From positions 800,001 through 864,000 of the forward strand of contig CBDUPA010000001.1 in assembly GCA_965368975.1 (NCBI GenBank): DNA of 64,000 nt, read 5' to 3'. Positions 30,117 through 39,211 of this stretch are shown in pieces. The notes beneath the pieces were generated by a model that saw nothing but the letters and a program-made list of their open reading frames with translations, searched no databases and was not told the origin of the DNA. The first letter of the stretch is position 1. Every line of letters starts with the position of its first letter. The translations under genes and the position numbers were made by a program. This DNA is from an uncultured bacterium (GTDB lineage: Bacteria; Acidobacteriota; Thermoanaerobaculia; Multivoradales; JAHZIX01).

Positions 30117-31058
30117 ATGGACCCTATCGGCGCGGGAGAAGCCGCCTGCCTGGCGGCATCTCTCGGTTGGGCCTTGTCGCTCGCATGGTTTCGTGCCCCT
30201 GTGCAGCAGTTCGGTGCCTGGGCGGCCAATGTGGGGAAGAACGTGCTCGGCACGTTCTTCCTCGGGTTGACCGTTCTGGCCTTCGGTTTCACGAGTTCCC
30301 TGGCCAGCGCGCCGCCACGCGCTCTGCTCCTGGTCGCCGCCTCCGGCATCCTCGGCCTCGCGCTCGGTGATACCGCCCTTTTCGCTGCCCTTGCTCGGCT
30401 CGGCCTGCACCGCACACTGCTACTGCAGAGCCTGTCCCCTGTGTTCGCTGGCGCCCTGGCCATGGGGGTCTATGGTGAGCGGCTGACGTTGGTCCAGTTG
30501 CTCGGTGCTCTGACTATCCTCATCGGCATCGTCGCCGTCGTCAGTGAACGCACCGCGCCTCCGCGTCGACAAGGTGGAGTGGCATCCGGCACAGCCACCC
30601 GAGTTACTCATTTGCCCCGCAGAGCTCTGTTCTACGGTGTCTTCTTCGGCATTCTCTCCGCTTTCGGCCAGGGTGCCGGCCTGGTTCTCGCCAAAGATGG
30701 TATGCGGGACCTTCCCTTCCTTCCTGCCAGCTTCGTCCGCCTCGGAGCCGCCGTCCTCGTCTTGACCCTCCTGCTTCCCCTGGTGGGACGTGGTCATGTC
30801 CTCCGGCAGCTGGTCTCCCAACCAGAGCTCTGGCGCCGCCTCAGCGCTCCCACGTTCGTGGGCGGCTATCTCTGCATCCTCCTCATGATGGCCGGCATCG
30901 CCTGGGCCCCAGCCTCCATCGCTGCCGTTCTCCTGGCCACCCCGCCCGTCTGGGCCCTCTTTCTCGATGCCTGGATCGAAAGGCGTCCCGTCACTGTCCG
31001 AGGCCTCTCCGGCACTATCCTGACGGTCATCGGTATCGCTGTTCTGACGACATCTTGA
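30117..31058 (+). CDS. DMT/EamA family transporter
   Basis: About 10 transmembrane helices in two repeats; SGILGLALGD motif. Confidence 0.85.
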   Translation: MDPIGAGEAACLAASLGWALSLAWFRAPVQQFGAWAANVGKNVLGTFFLGLTVLAFGFTSSLASAPPRALLLVAASGILGLALGDTALFAALARLGLHRTLLLQSLSPVFAGALAMGVYGERLTLVQLLGALTILIGIVAVVSERTAPPRRQGGVASGTATRVTHLPRRALFYGVFFGILSAFGQGAGLVLAKDGMRDLPFLPASFVRLGAAVLVLTLLLPLVGRGHVLRQLVSQPELWRRLSAPTFVGGYLCILLMMAGIAWAPASIAAVLLATPPVWALFLDAWIERRPVTVRGLSGTILTVIGIAVLTTS

Positions 31059-31087
31059 GGTGCTAGAATCCTTCCGCTGACGCAAAT

Positions 31088-31171
31088 GCCGGAGTGGCGA
31101 AACTGGTAAACGCAGGGGACTTAAAATCCTCCGAGCTAACCCTCTTGCGGGTTCGAGTCCCGCCTCCGGCA
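31088..31171 (+). tRNA. tRNA-Leu, anticodon TAA
   Basis: Acceptor stem GCCGGAG/CTCCGGC, D-loop TGG, anticodon loop CT-TAA-AA, long variable arm, GGTTCGAGTCC T-arm; CCA not encoded; TGnTAGAAT extended -10 at 31061-31069. Confidence 0.96.
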
Positions 31172-31201
31172 CTTCGCTGGCTCCGCGGTTTCAGGGTTCC
31201 T

Positions 31202-32908
31202 TCAGCCCCCCGCCGCGTCCCTGCCGCCTTCCATTCCCTCGACGCCTTCTGGGCGCAGCAGTAGATGCCCGTCGTTGGGCTGGTAGCGGCCCAGTTCCTT
31301 GAAGCGCTCGATCGCGTCTTCACCGTTGAACTCGACGGACAACTCCATGCGCTTGTCGTGGAAGTAAAGCGGCGAGCTACCGTCTTCTCGTGAGATCACG
31401 GAGGTGTGGAAGTTCCACAATTCCGGGTTCTGGGTCACCGGGAAGGCCAGGTGCTTCTGGAAGCGCACCCAGTCGACGCTGCCGGGGATCAGGATCTCGT
31501 TGAAGAAGCTGTACCAGGTGTAGGAGTGAGGTGTGCCGTTCTTCTGCAGGTTGAGCGAGTTGATCTCGTGCTTGATTTCGAGGCAACGCTCGCGCGTGAT
31601 GTGGAAGGTCTCCTCGGTGTCGGAGGGCACGCCGACGATGATGCCGAAGTAGACGGCGGGCACTCCGGCCTGGACGATTTCGCGGATCAAATCTAGTTCG
31701 ATGTGGAAGGGCCGCAGCTTGTGCAGCTTCTTCATGTCCTTGTCGTCGAGCTTCTCGAGGGGCACGTAGATGCGGAAGCAGCCGACCCACTCGCCGCCTT
31801 CGCCCCCATTGTTGTAGAACATGGCGTTGAACAGCTCGCGGTTCACCTTGCCTCTGGTCTCGTCCCACAGCATGCCGATCTGGATTCCGCCGTCGAATTC
31901 CCAGGCCATGCGCAGTTCACGCATGATCTGGAAGATCTCGATGATCTCCTGCGTGCCGCCTTCTGGGTCGAGCGCCACGCGGCTGAGCAAGTTGTCCTCG
32001 TTGAGGGCGATGCTGCGGATGCCAAACGAGGCATAGAACTCGAGGATCTGACGCACGCGGGCGGTACGTGCGTAGCGGAAGTGGGTGCCGACGAGGTTCG
32101 GGGTGCCGCAGAAGGTGCAGCACTCGTGGCAGCCGCGCGAGGACTCGAAGTGCATGATCGGCGGGGACACGCCGGGGATCAGCAGGCCTTCGCCGCTCTC
32201 GCTGAAGTCGTTGACGTCGACCAGGTCGAGGGCGGGCAGCGGTGCGCTGTTCATGTCCGTCGCCCACGGGTCCTTGTTCTTCGGGTAACTGCCCAGGCGC
32301 AGGTAGCGGCCCGGTGCCATCGGCCGGCTGGTGGTGACCTTGCCGTCGCGAAGGACGGTGATGCCGGGCACGTCCATGATGTCGTTGCCCGCGGAGAGGC
32401 GTTCGAGCACGGCTGGCAGGCGTGATTCGCCTTCGGCGAGCACCACCACGTCGACGCCACGCTGCAGGTAGTAGGGGTAGCGCGCCGCGACGTCGCTGCC
32501 GCCGGCCATGGTCAAGGCATCGGGGTTGACCTTGCGCACCCACTTGAGGAATTCCTCGGTGACGCCGGCGTTCTGCGTGAAGTTGTTGGAGACGCAGACG
32601 ACGTCCGCCCGCTCGACGGCTTCGCGCGAGGACTCGAAGGGCGAGCCGATCCACACGTCTTGCATCTTGCGACCGAAGTAGTCGACATCCTTGTGCGGCG
32701 TCTCGCGGTCGGCTTCGCGGATGCGCAGGTTCTCGATGCAGACGTCGATGTCGGGGTACTTCTGGCGCAGTGCCGAGGACAGCATCATCTCTGGCATCGG
32801 GGGGAAGCGGGGGCGCGAGGTAGCGACGAAACCGTCGTCGTCCTTCAGCGTCGAGATCGGCGTCGTGATGAAGGCTACACGAGGCTTGGCCGGCAGTTTC
32901 CGCAGCAT
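31202..32908 (-). CDS. B12-binding-domain radical SAM protein
   Basis: SRGCHECCTFC (CxxxCxxC), EDNL; N-terminal Rossmannoid region (DVVCVS, MAGGS, DVVVLAEGE); GAGGAG RBS before ATG 32908. Confidence 0.88.
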   Translation of the reverse strand: MLRKLPAKPRVAFITTPISTLKDDDGFVATSRPRFPPMPEMMLSSALRQKYPDIDVCIENLRIREADRETPHKDVDYFGRKMQDVWIGSPFESSREAVERADVVCVSNNFTQNAGVTEEFLKWVRKVNPDALTMAGGSDVAARYPYYLQRGVDVVVLAEGESRLPAVLERLSAGNDIMDVPGITVLRDGKVTTSRPMAPGRYLRLGSYPKNKDPWATDMNSAPLPALDLVDVNDFSESGEGLLIPGVSPPIMHFESSRGCHECCTFCGTPNLVGTHFRYARTARVRQILEFYASFGIRSIALNEDNLLSRVALDPEGGTQEIIEIFQIMRELRMAWEFDGGIQIGMLWDETRGKVNRELFNAMFYNNGGEGGEWVGCFRIYVPLEKLDDKDMKKLHKLRPFHIELDLIREIVQAGVPAVYFGIIVGVPSDTEETFHITRERCLEIKHEINSLNLQKNGTPHSYTWYSFFNEILIPGSVDWVRFQKHLAFPVTQNPELWNFHTSVISREDGSSPLYFHDKRMELSVEFNGEDAIERFKELGRYQPNDGHLLLRPEGVEGMEGGRDAAGG

Positions 32909-33001
32909 GAGCAACTCCTCCGTGGGGGGCGAATCCCGGGTCGGTAGGGTGGTGACGAGATGGTGGAGGACCCGAGAGACAACAAGGATCAGATGTGCTG
33001 C

Positions 33002-33031
33002 AAGCTACCAGGCGTGGAGAACCGCCGTCAA
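33002..33031 (-). promoter_or_regulatory. Sigma70-type promoter for the radical SAM gene
   Basis: Minus strand TTGACG, 18 nt spacer, TAGCTT, about 95 nt upstream of the start codon. Confidence 0.5.
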
Positions 33032-33183
33032 CCGCGCGCGGGACCGCGCGGGACAACTAGCGGAGAAGAATATTTGCATGGCTCTATCTGATCGCGCTCG
33101 TTTTTCCGCTTAGCAGGAGACGGCGTCATGAAGACGTCGCTCTGACAATGAGTGCCCCCGACTTTGGGGGAGGAGGATTCATC

Positions 33184-35154
33184 ATGGTTGAGTGTAAGCG
33201 TGCTACGAAGTGGAGCCCGACGCGGGCCGTTCTGTGTGCCCTGGCAACTGTCGGGCTGTGCCTGACCTTGGGCGTTGTACCGAGCATCGAGGCACAGGTG
33301 TCGGGCACGACGATAGGGGCGAATCCGGCCTGTTTGGTACCCGTTGACCCGGTGCCGAGCGGCACGATAGACCGGCCTTTCGCCGAGGTGCCGACTGCGG
33401 ATTCCTATTTGCACTCATCGACTCACCTGCAGGGCCGGCGGGCGACGGTGAAGTGGGCGGGTGGCCTGATGCACCGGCCGGCGGTGAGTACTTGGTTCAA
33501 TGAAATGACCAGTGCGCTGGTGATCAACAACCCGCACCCGACGCAGGCGACCGCAGTGTTGATCGACTACTTCGATCATCTGGGCACGTTGGTAGGGACG
33601 ACCGGTCCGTGGACGATTCCAGCGGAGGGCTTCCATACGGAAGCCGCGACGCCGCTGGCTGGATCGCGCGGCGTGGGCTCGGCGCGCATCACGGTTCAGG
33701 GCGAGGGGCCGGAGATCGTCGGTGCGGTGCTCTGGCACCTCGCACGGTTGTTCGACGGTGCCGGTTTCGAAGTTCTAGATCCCGATCCCAACTTCGACGA
33801 TCCCGGGCCTGGTGCGGCATCGATGCAGCAGCTGCAGGTTGTTCAGGACGCCACTGAACTGGTCTGGGGGCCACTGCCCGTATCCAGTGTCAGCACCATC
33901 GACTTCTTCAACGGCGCCCAGCCGATCTTGAACGTGGTCAATCCGAACAATGCACCGAATCGCGTTCGCGTTGAGCTGTCGATCCACACGATCGGTAGCG
34001 GCGCTACGGCGCAACTCGTCTGGCGAGTTGTCGATCTGCCGCCCTTTGGTTCTCTGACCGACGTGCTCGGTGCGCACCTGACGGACCTGGGTACCAACGA
34101 CACCAAGGCGCTGTGGAACCAGCTGTTCCAACGCTATCTCGCATTCTCGACCGGGAATCAGGCGTCCGACTCCGACTACACCTTGCGCGTGATTTCGGAG
34201 GACGATCTGCCGATTCTCGGTGACGTGGTGGTGACCGACATTTGGGGACCGGTGTCAAAGAGCGCGCGCAACATCAGTGTCGGTGGTCTTGGGGGGATCG
34301 AGCCCGAGCCTCGCCCACAGGACAATCTGCTTCTCGGTGGCCGTTTCCGTATGGCGTCGAGCATGCTGGCTCCGACGCCGACTTGGCGACTGCTCAATCC
34401 GGATCTGACGTTCGATTACACGCCGACCAATGGCGTCCCCGACTTGCGTCAGACCATGATGCTGGTCTCGAACGTCGGCGCCGCCGACGCGGGGCCGGTG
34501 CATATCCAGTACTACGACCGTGATGGCAACCAGTTGGCTGCGGCATCCGTGCCATCCTTGCTACCTGACCAGACGCTGCGCATCCAGCCCGGTGCCCACA
34601 ACTATCCATCGACTACCCACAATCCCTTTGGCTGGGCGCGCATCACCGCTTGTCTGCCGGGGGCCGAACTGGTTGGTTGGTCGCTACGCGAAGTGCGTCC
34701 GCTCGACCTGCTGCCAGCCGAGTATCGGAAGGCTTTCGGTGAGCTTCTGGTGGGCAACGGTGGCCTGGAGCCAGGAGACTCGTTCGCTTCCGGTGATGGT
34801 GACTTGCGCAAGGTGATCCCGCTGGCGCGGGTTTGGTTGAACAATCCGTTCCCTGGAGACGTGACCTTCGGCAACTTCGCCGGACCCCAGATCGGTGACT
34901 ACACCTGGGAGTTCGCGGATGGCGGTGGTGTTGACTGCTCGGTGGGGACGGTCTTCAACACGGTACCATTCGGGTCGACATCTTCGACACACGTCGATCC
35001 GAACGAGATTTCCGGCTGCGGCACGCCCTTCGCCGAGAATCTGAACGGCCGGGTCGATCACGATAGCGGCACGATCGAAGGTATCGATATCATCGGGGAT
35101 CCCTTGTCGGAATATGACATCCCAGACTTTGCCCAGGGTGGCATGGAACAGTGA
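33184..35154 (+). CDS. Secreted hypothetical protein with repeated beta-sandwich-like modules
   Basis: GGAGGAGG RBS, signal peptide ending SIEA-QV; recurring motif (I/V)xN...V.I.Y(F/Y)D..G. Confidence 0.7.
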   Translation: MVECKRATKWSPTRAVLCALATVGLCLTLGVVPSIEAQVSGTTIGANPACLVPVDPVPSGTIDRPFAEVPTADSYLHSSTHLQGRRATVKWAGGLMHRPAVSTWFNEMTSALVINNPHPTQATAVLIDYFDHLGTLVGTTGPWTIPAEGFHTEAATPLAGSRGVGSARITVQGEGPEIVGAVLWHLARLFDGAGFEVLDPDPNFDDPGPGAASMQQLQVVQDATELVWGPLPVSSVSTIDFFNGAQPILNVVNPNNAPNRVRVELSIHTIGSGATAQLVWRVVDLPPFGSLTDVLGAHLTDLGTNDTKALWNQLFQRYLAFSTGNQASDSDYTLRVISEDDLPILGDVVVTDIWGPVSKSARNISVGGLGGIEPEPRPQDNLLLGGRFRMASSMLAPTPTWRLLNPDLTFDYTPTNGVPDLRQTMMLVSNVGAADAGPVHIQYYDRDGNQLAAASVPSLLPDQTLRIQPGAHNYPSTTHNPFGWARITACLPGAELVGWSLREVRPLDLLPAEYRKAFGELLVGNGGLEPGDSFASGDGDLRKVIPLARVWLNNPFPGDVTFGNFAGPQIGDYTWEFADGGGVDCSVGTVFNTVPFGSTSSTHVDPNEISGCGTPFAENLNGRVDHDSGTIEGIDIIGDPLSEYDIPDFAQGGMEQ

Positions 35155-35179
35155 CTTCAGGCAGCCTGTACCGACGTCC

Positions 35180-37696
35180 TCAGGGGTTGTCGTCGGTACA
35201 GGCTGACAGTAGGTTTCGCGCATGGTCCAGTTCGGGGTGGTCGGAACGCAGCAGAGGTCTGCGCAGCTCGATAGAGTTGTGCAACCAGGGAGTTGCCTGA
35301 GCACAATCCGCGGCTGCGAAGTAGACGACACCGAGAAAGTAGCCGGCCTGAGCGGTCTGTGGATGGTCCGGCGACAGCGACGAAGTCGAGGTGTCGATGG
35401 CTCGCTGGAGCTGCTCGATCGCTGCCTCGAGATCTCCCGCGGCCGCGCGGCAGTGTCCCAGCGCGGTGAGCGCCGCGGGGGCCAAGGGGGTGGCAGCGGT
35501 GTTGTTCTGGACGAGTTCCAGTGCCTGCTGCACCATGGGCTCGCCGCCGCGAAAGTCACCAGTGCGGCAGCGCAGTTCGCCCAGGTGCAAGAGGCTGCGG
35601 CCAAAGTCGGCGTGCTCTTCTCCCAGTAACTGCCGACGTCGTTCCAGGCTGCTCCGCAGCAGCGACTCGGCCGCTTCAGAGTCGCCCGCCAGGAAGAGCG
35701 TGACGCCGAGTTCGTCGACGATGCCGGCGGTGAAAGGATTGTCGTCACCCAGTTGCGAGTGGTAGACGGCGTGCACCTGGCGCAGCATGCCTTCGGCTTC
35801 GGTGAAGTGTCCACGGTCCCGTTGCAGCAGCGCCAGGTTGCTGAGGGTGTGTGCGGTCCGCAGGTTGTCGTCGCCGAGGTTGCGGCGCTGGCCATCGAGA
35901 GCCTGCTGGTAGAGGTCGTGAGCTTCGGCGTAGTGCCCCTGGTCGTGCTGCAGCAGCGCCAGGCTGGCCAGAACCCGGTGAACTCCCGGATGGTCGGGGC
36001 CGAACAGACGGCTGCGTAGTTCGAGGGCCTCGTTCATCCATACTTCAGCTGTGGCGTAGTTGCCGAGGTGGGCCAGGTCGATGCTCAGCTGGAACAGTGA
36101 GGTTGCGACCTCGGCATTCTCTTCGCCCAGCGTTTGCCGGTGCATCTCGAGTGCATCGTGGTTCAGGGCCAGACTCTGCTCGCTGAGGCCGAGACGGCTG
36201 TAGAGGCGCGCCAGCTCCAGCAATAGGTGCGCGGTTTCAGGGCTGGGGTCTAGAGCGCGCACTTGCTCGGCGCCGCGGTCGAGTAGCTCGCGAGCGGTGA
36301 CGGAGGTGCCACGAGCGACACTCGGGTCGGCAACGTTGAACAGTTCGGTGAGCATGAGCGAGATCTGCTCGGCACGGTCGCGCTGTTCGCGCACGTGGGC
36401 CGACTGTACGGCCATGACGATGGCAAAGGCGATGGCCAGCAGGAAGAAGGCGCCAGTGGCACCAACGCCCAGGCGGTGGCGGCGCAGAAACTTGCCGGCA
36501 CGGTAGCCGAGGCTGTCGCGGTGGGCGCGCACCGGTCGCCCGTCCAGGTGGTACTCGACGTCACGGGCCAGTTGTTCGACGGAGCCGTAGCGCCGTGCCG
36601 GCTCCTTGCGCAGCGCCATCAGGATGATGGTGTCGAGATCGCCGCGCAGGCGTCGGCGCAGCTGGGATCCCGAAAGACCGCAGTGCGGTAGGTTCTCGAC
36701 GCTGACAGCCCGGCTGGGGGCTTCTGGCTGCTGGTGTAGGATCGCTGCTTCCAGCGCGTGCTGGTTGTTGCGGTCGTTGTTCGTCTGGGGGCACCCGTCG
36801 CGGTCGGCGGGGAGGTTGGTCTCGAGACGATACGGGCGGCGGCCGGTGAGCAACTCGTAGAGCAGGACGCCGAGCGAGTAGACGTCGCTAGCGGTGGTGA
36901 TCGCCGTGCCGCGCACCTGCTCCGGGCTGGCATAGGCGGGTGTCATCGGTCGTAGACCGGCGACGGTGGCCTGCGGCGCCAAGCCAGGCAGCGAGAGGCC
37001 GAGCACCTTGGCGATGCCGAAGTCCAACAGCTTCGGCGTACCGCCAGCTGTGACCAGGATGTTGGAGGGCTTGAGGTCGCGGTGCACGACCAGATTCCGG
37101 TGCGCGTACTGCACCGCGCCGCACACGGCGTGGAACAGGCGTAGCCGCTGTTCGACCCGCAGCCGCTGTTGCTCGCAGTAGCGGTCGATGGGCAGGCCGT
37201 CGATGTACTCCAGCACGAAGTAGGGTAGGCCGTCGGTTGTGGTGCCGCCGTCGTACAGGCGAGCGATGTGCGGATGGTCGAGATTGGCGAGGATCTGGCG
37301 TTCGCCGTGGAAGCGGCGCAGGATATCGCCGCTGTCCATGCCACGGCGCAGCAGCTTGATGGCCACCTGCTGGTGGAAGTCGCCGTCCTCGCGTTGCGCC
37401 AGGAAGACCGAACCGATACCGCCACGACCGATCTCGCGCAGCAAGCGATAAGGGCCCATCTGCTGGCCGACGAGGTTTGCCACCGGTTCCGGTCCGAGCC
37501 AGTTCAGTGCCACGCTGCCGATGACCTCTTCGAGGTGCCCGTCGTCTTCGGCGTCCGCCTCCAGTAATTCCGCTACCCTGCCGGCCAGATCCGCGTCGTC
37601 GCTGCAGGCTTCGCGTACGTAGTCCTGGCGCTGTTCGGCTGGCCGCTCCAGAGCCTCGAGGAAGATGTCCTCGGCCCGTGTCCAGGGATCACTCAT
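35180..37696 (-). CDS. Membrane Ser/Thr protein kinase with TPR repeats (ECF-associated)
   Basis: GRGGIGSV, VAIK, HRDLKPSN, DFG, TPAYASPEQ, GDLDTI; transmembrane helix; kinesin-light-chain-like TPRs; overlaps the ECF stop codon (ATGA). Confidence 0.93.
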   Translation of the reverse strand: MSDPWTRAEDIFLEALERPAEQRQDYVREACSDDADLAGRVAELLEADAEDDGHLEEVIGSVALNWLGPEPVANLVGQQMGPYRLLREIGRGGIGSVFLAQREDGDFHQQVAIKLLRRGMDSGDILRRFHGERQILANLDHPHIARLYDGGTTTDGLPYFVLEYIDGLPIDRYCEQQRLRVEQRLRLFHAVCGAVQYAHRNLVVHRDLKPSNILVTAGGTPKLLDFGIAKVLGLSLPGLAPQATVAGLRPMTPAYASPEQVRGTAITTASDVYSLGVLLYELLTGRRPYRLETNLPADRDGCPQTNNDRNNQHALEAAILHQQPEAPSRAVSVENLPHCGLSGSQLRRRLRGDLDTIILMALRKEPARRYGSVEQLARDVEYHLDGRPVRAHRDSLGYRAGKFLRRHRLGVGATGAFFLLAIAFAIVMAVQSAHVREQRDRAEQISLMLTELFNVADPSVARGTSVTARELLDRGAEQVRALDPSPETAHLLLELARLYSRLGLSEQSLALNHDALEMHRQTLGEENAEVATSLFQLSIDLAHLGNYATAEVWMNEALELRSRLFGPDHPGVHRVLASLALLQHDQGHYAEAHDLYQQALDGQRRNLGDDNLRTAHTLSNLALLQRDRGHFTEAEGMLRQVHAVYHSQLGDDNPFTAGIVDELGVTLFLAGDSEAAESLLRSSLERRRQLLGEEHADFGRSLLHLGELRCRTGDFRGGEPMVQQALELVQNNTAATPLAPAALTALGHCRAAAGDLEAAIEQLQRAIDTSTSSLSPDHPQTAQAGYFLGVVYFAAADCAQATPWLHNSIELRRPLLRSDHPELDHARNLLSACTDDNP

Positions 37697-38298
37697 GGGT
37701 TTGCTGTGGCATGGCCACTGCCGCGTCGCAGCTGTGTCATCAGCCAGGCACGAGCAACACGTGTGTCGGATATCACCGTCGGTTCCGAGACACCCAATAG
37801 CTGTGCTGCCTCGGGCACCGTCAGGCCGGCGAAGAAGCGAAGTTCGATGACCCGCTCGCGCCGCGGCGCACGGGCGCGCAGGGTCTCCAGCGCCTGGTCG
37901 AGTGCCAACAGATCAACCCACTCTTCTTGCCGCGCACCGTCTGCGTCGGTCAGCGACAAGCGTTGCCGACCACCGCCCCTGCGCGCCGCGGCCAGTTGCC
38001 GGGCGTGGTCGACCAGGATGCGCCGCATCATCCGTGCCGTGACAGCGTAGAAGTGAACGCGGTCGCGAAATGCCGGCAGACTGTGCGCCAGCCGCAAGTA
38101 AGCCTCGTGGATCAACGCCGTTGGCTGGAGCGTGTGGCTCGCTTTCTCGCCGCTCATGGCGCGCCGTGCCAGGCGTCGCAGCTCCGGATAGACCAGCGGT
38201 ATCAAGCGATCGAGGGCTTGCTCGTCACCTGCGACCCAGCGATGCAGGCAGTCCGTGACGTCCTCGGTAGATACGGTGTTGTCTGCATCTGGATCCAT
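37693..38298 (-). CDS. ECF sigma-70 factor, kinase-associated type
   Basis: LVYPELRRLA, HTLQPTALIHEAYLRL, MRRILVDHAR, ELRFFAGLT, ARAWL. Confidence 0.93.
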   Translation of the reverse strand: MDPDADNTVSTEDVTDCLHRWVAGDEQALDRLIPLVYPELRRLARRAMSGEKASHTLQPTALIHEAYLRLAHSLPAFRDRVHFYAVTARMMRRILVDHARQLAAARRGGGRQRLSLTDADGARQEEWVDLLALDQALETLRARAPRRERVIELRFFAGLTVPEAAQLLGVSEPTVISDTRVARAWLMTQLRRGSGHATANP

Positions 38299-38429
38299 GG
38301 CTCGGCACTGCTATCTTTGGCGTCGAGAGCCCGATCTGGGCTGGCAACGTGGAACCCTGTGATTTCAATTCATCAAGGATAGAAATCTTAGAATATCATG
38401 GCTACGAATTCGAACACCAAGAGGACAAG

Positions 38430-39152
38430 ATGGCTTACGAAATCGACCTCGCCCACGTTCACGACCAGGGCTTCGGCCACATCGCCCGCGGTGCGGCGGC
38501 CGAGCTGCGAGGCCGACTGACCGACACCGGCAGTCACGGTGGGTTGATCCTCGATCTCGGCTGTGGCAGCGGTATCTTGACCCAGCGGCTGGTACAGGAC
38601 GGCTACCGCGGCTGGGGGCTCGATCTGTCGTCAGCCATGATCGACCTGGCGCGCCGGCATGTGCCACAGGCCGAGTTTCACGTCGGCTCGGTCTACGATG
38701 TCGACCTACCGCCGTGCATTGCGGTGGCGGCGATCGGAGAGGTGGTCAACTACCTCTTCGACAACCGCAACAGCGACGCTGCCTTCCGTCGCCTGCTGCG
38801 ACGCGTTCACCAGGCCCTGCAGCCCGGTGGGCTTTTTCTCTTCGATGCTGCTGGTCCCGACCGCATCCCGCCTGGCCCGTACCGCAAGTTCTTCGAGCAG
38901 CCCGACTGGACTGTATTGGTGGAGGCGTCGATGGACGAGGCCAAGACGGTTCTGACGCGCCGCAATGTCACCTTCCGTCGGCAGCCAGACGAGCTGTACA
39001 AGCGTGTCGAAGAAGTCCACGAGCTACGCTTGATGCGCCGCGAGGAGACGGTGGCGGCCTTGCGGGAAAGCGGCTTCGAGGTCGAGGTGCTGGCAGCCTA
39101 CGGCGATCTCGAACTCCCGCATGGGCTGATCGGCTACCTGGCGCGGCGCTGA
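38430..39152 (+). CDS. Class I SAM-dependent methyltransferase
   Basis: ILDLGCGSG, GLDLS, LQPGGLFLFD; GAGG RBS before ATG 38430. Confidence 0.9.
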   Translation: MAYEIDLAHVHDQGFGHIARGAAAELRGRLTDTGSHGGLILDLGCGSGILTQRLVQDGYRGWGLDLSSAMIDLARRHVPQAEFHVGSVYDVDLPPCIAVAAIGEVVNYLFDNRNSDAAFRRLLRRVHQALQPGGLFLFDAAGPDRIPPGPYRKFFEQPDWTVLVEASMDEAKTVLTRRNVTFRRQPDELYKRVEEVHELRLMRREETVAALRESGFEVEVLAAYGDLELPHGLIGYLARR

Positions 39153-39211
39153 GGAACCTTCCTCGGTTGGCAGCGTATCTAGCCGTACCGGACGTACAGG
39201 ATGACCCAGCC

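Noticed and set aside
33082-33112. Shared ECF promoter motif (TGATCG...TTYTYSCGC) upstream of 33184 and of the OmpW-like gene
   Set aside because: Spacing between the two elements differs at the two sites; two examples are too few to call a motif.
32909-33147. RiPP precursor peptide for the radical SAM enzyme
   Set aside because: Only a 24-codon ORF (MQIFFSASCP...) without a convincing RBS, overlapping the predicted promoter; no transporter or protease genes nearby.
38714-39211. 166-aa N-terminal extension of the third kinase
   Set aside because: Overlaps the methyltransferase in another frame and is low-complexity Arg/Pro/Ala; ATG 39212 fits the family N-terminus.
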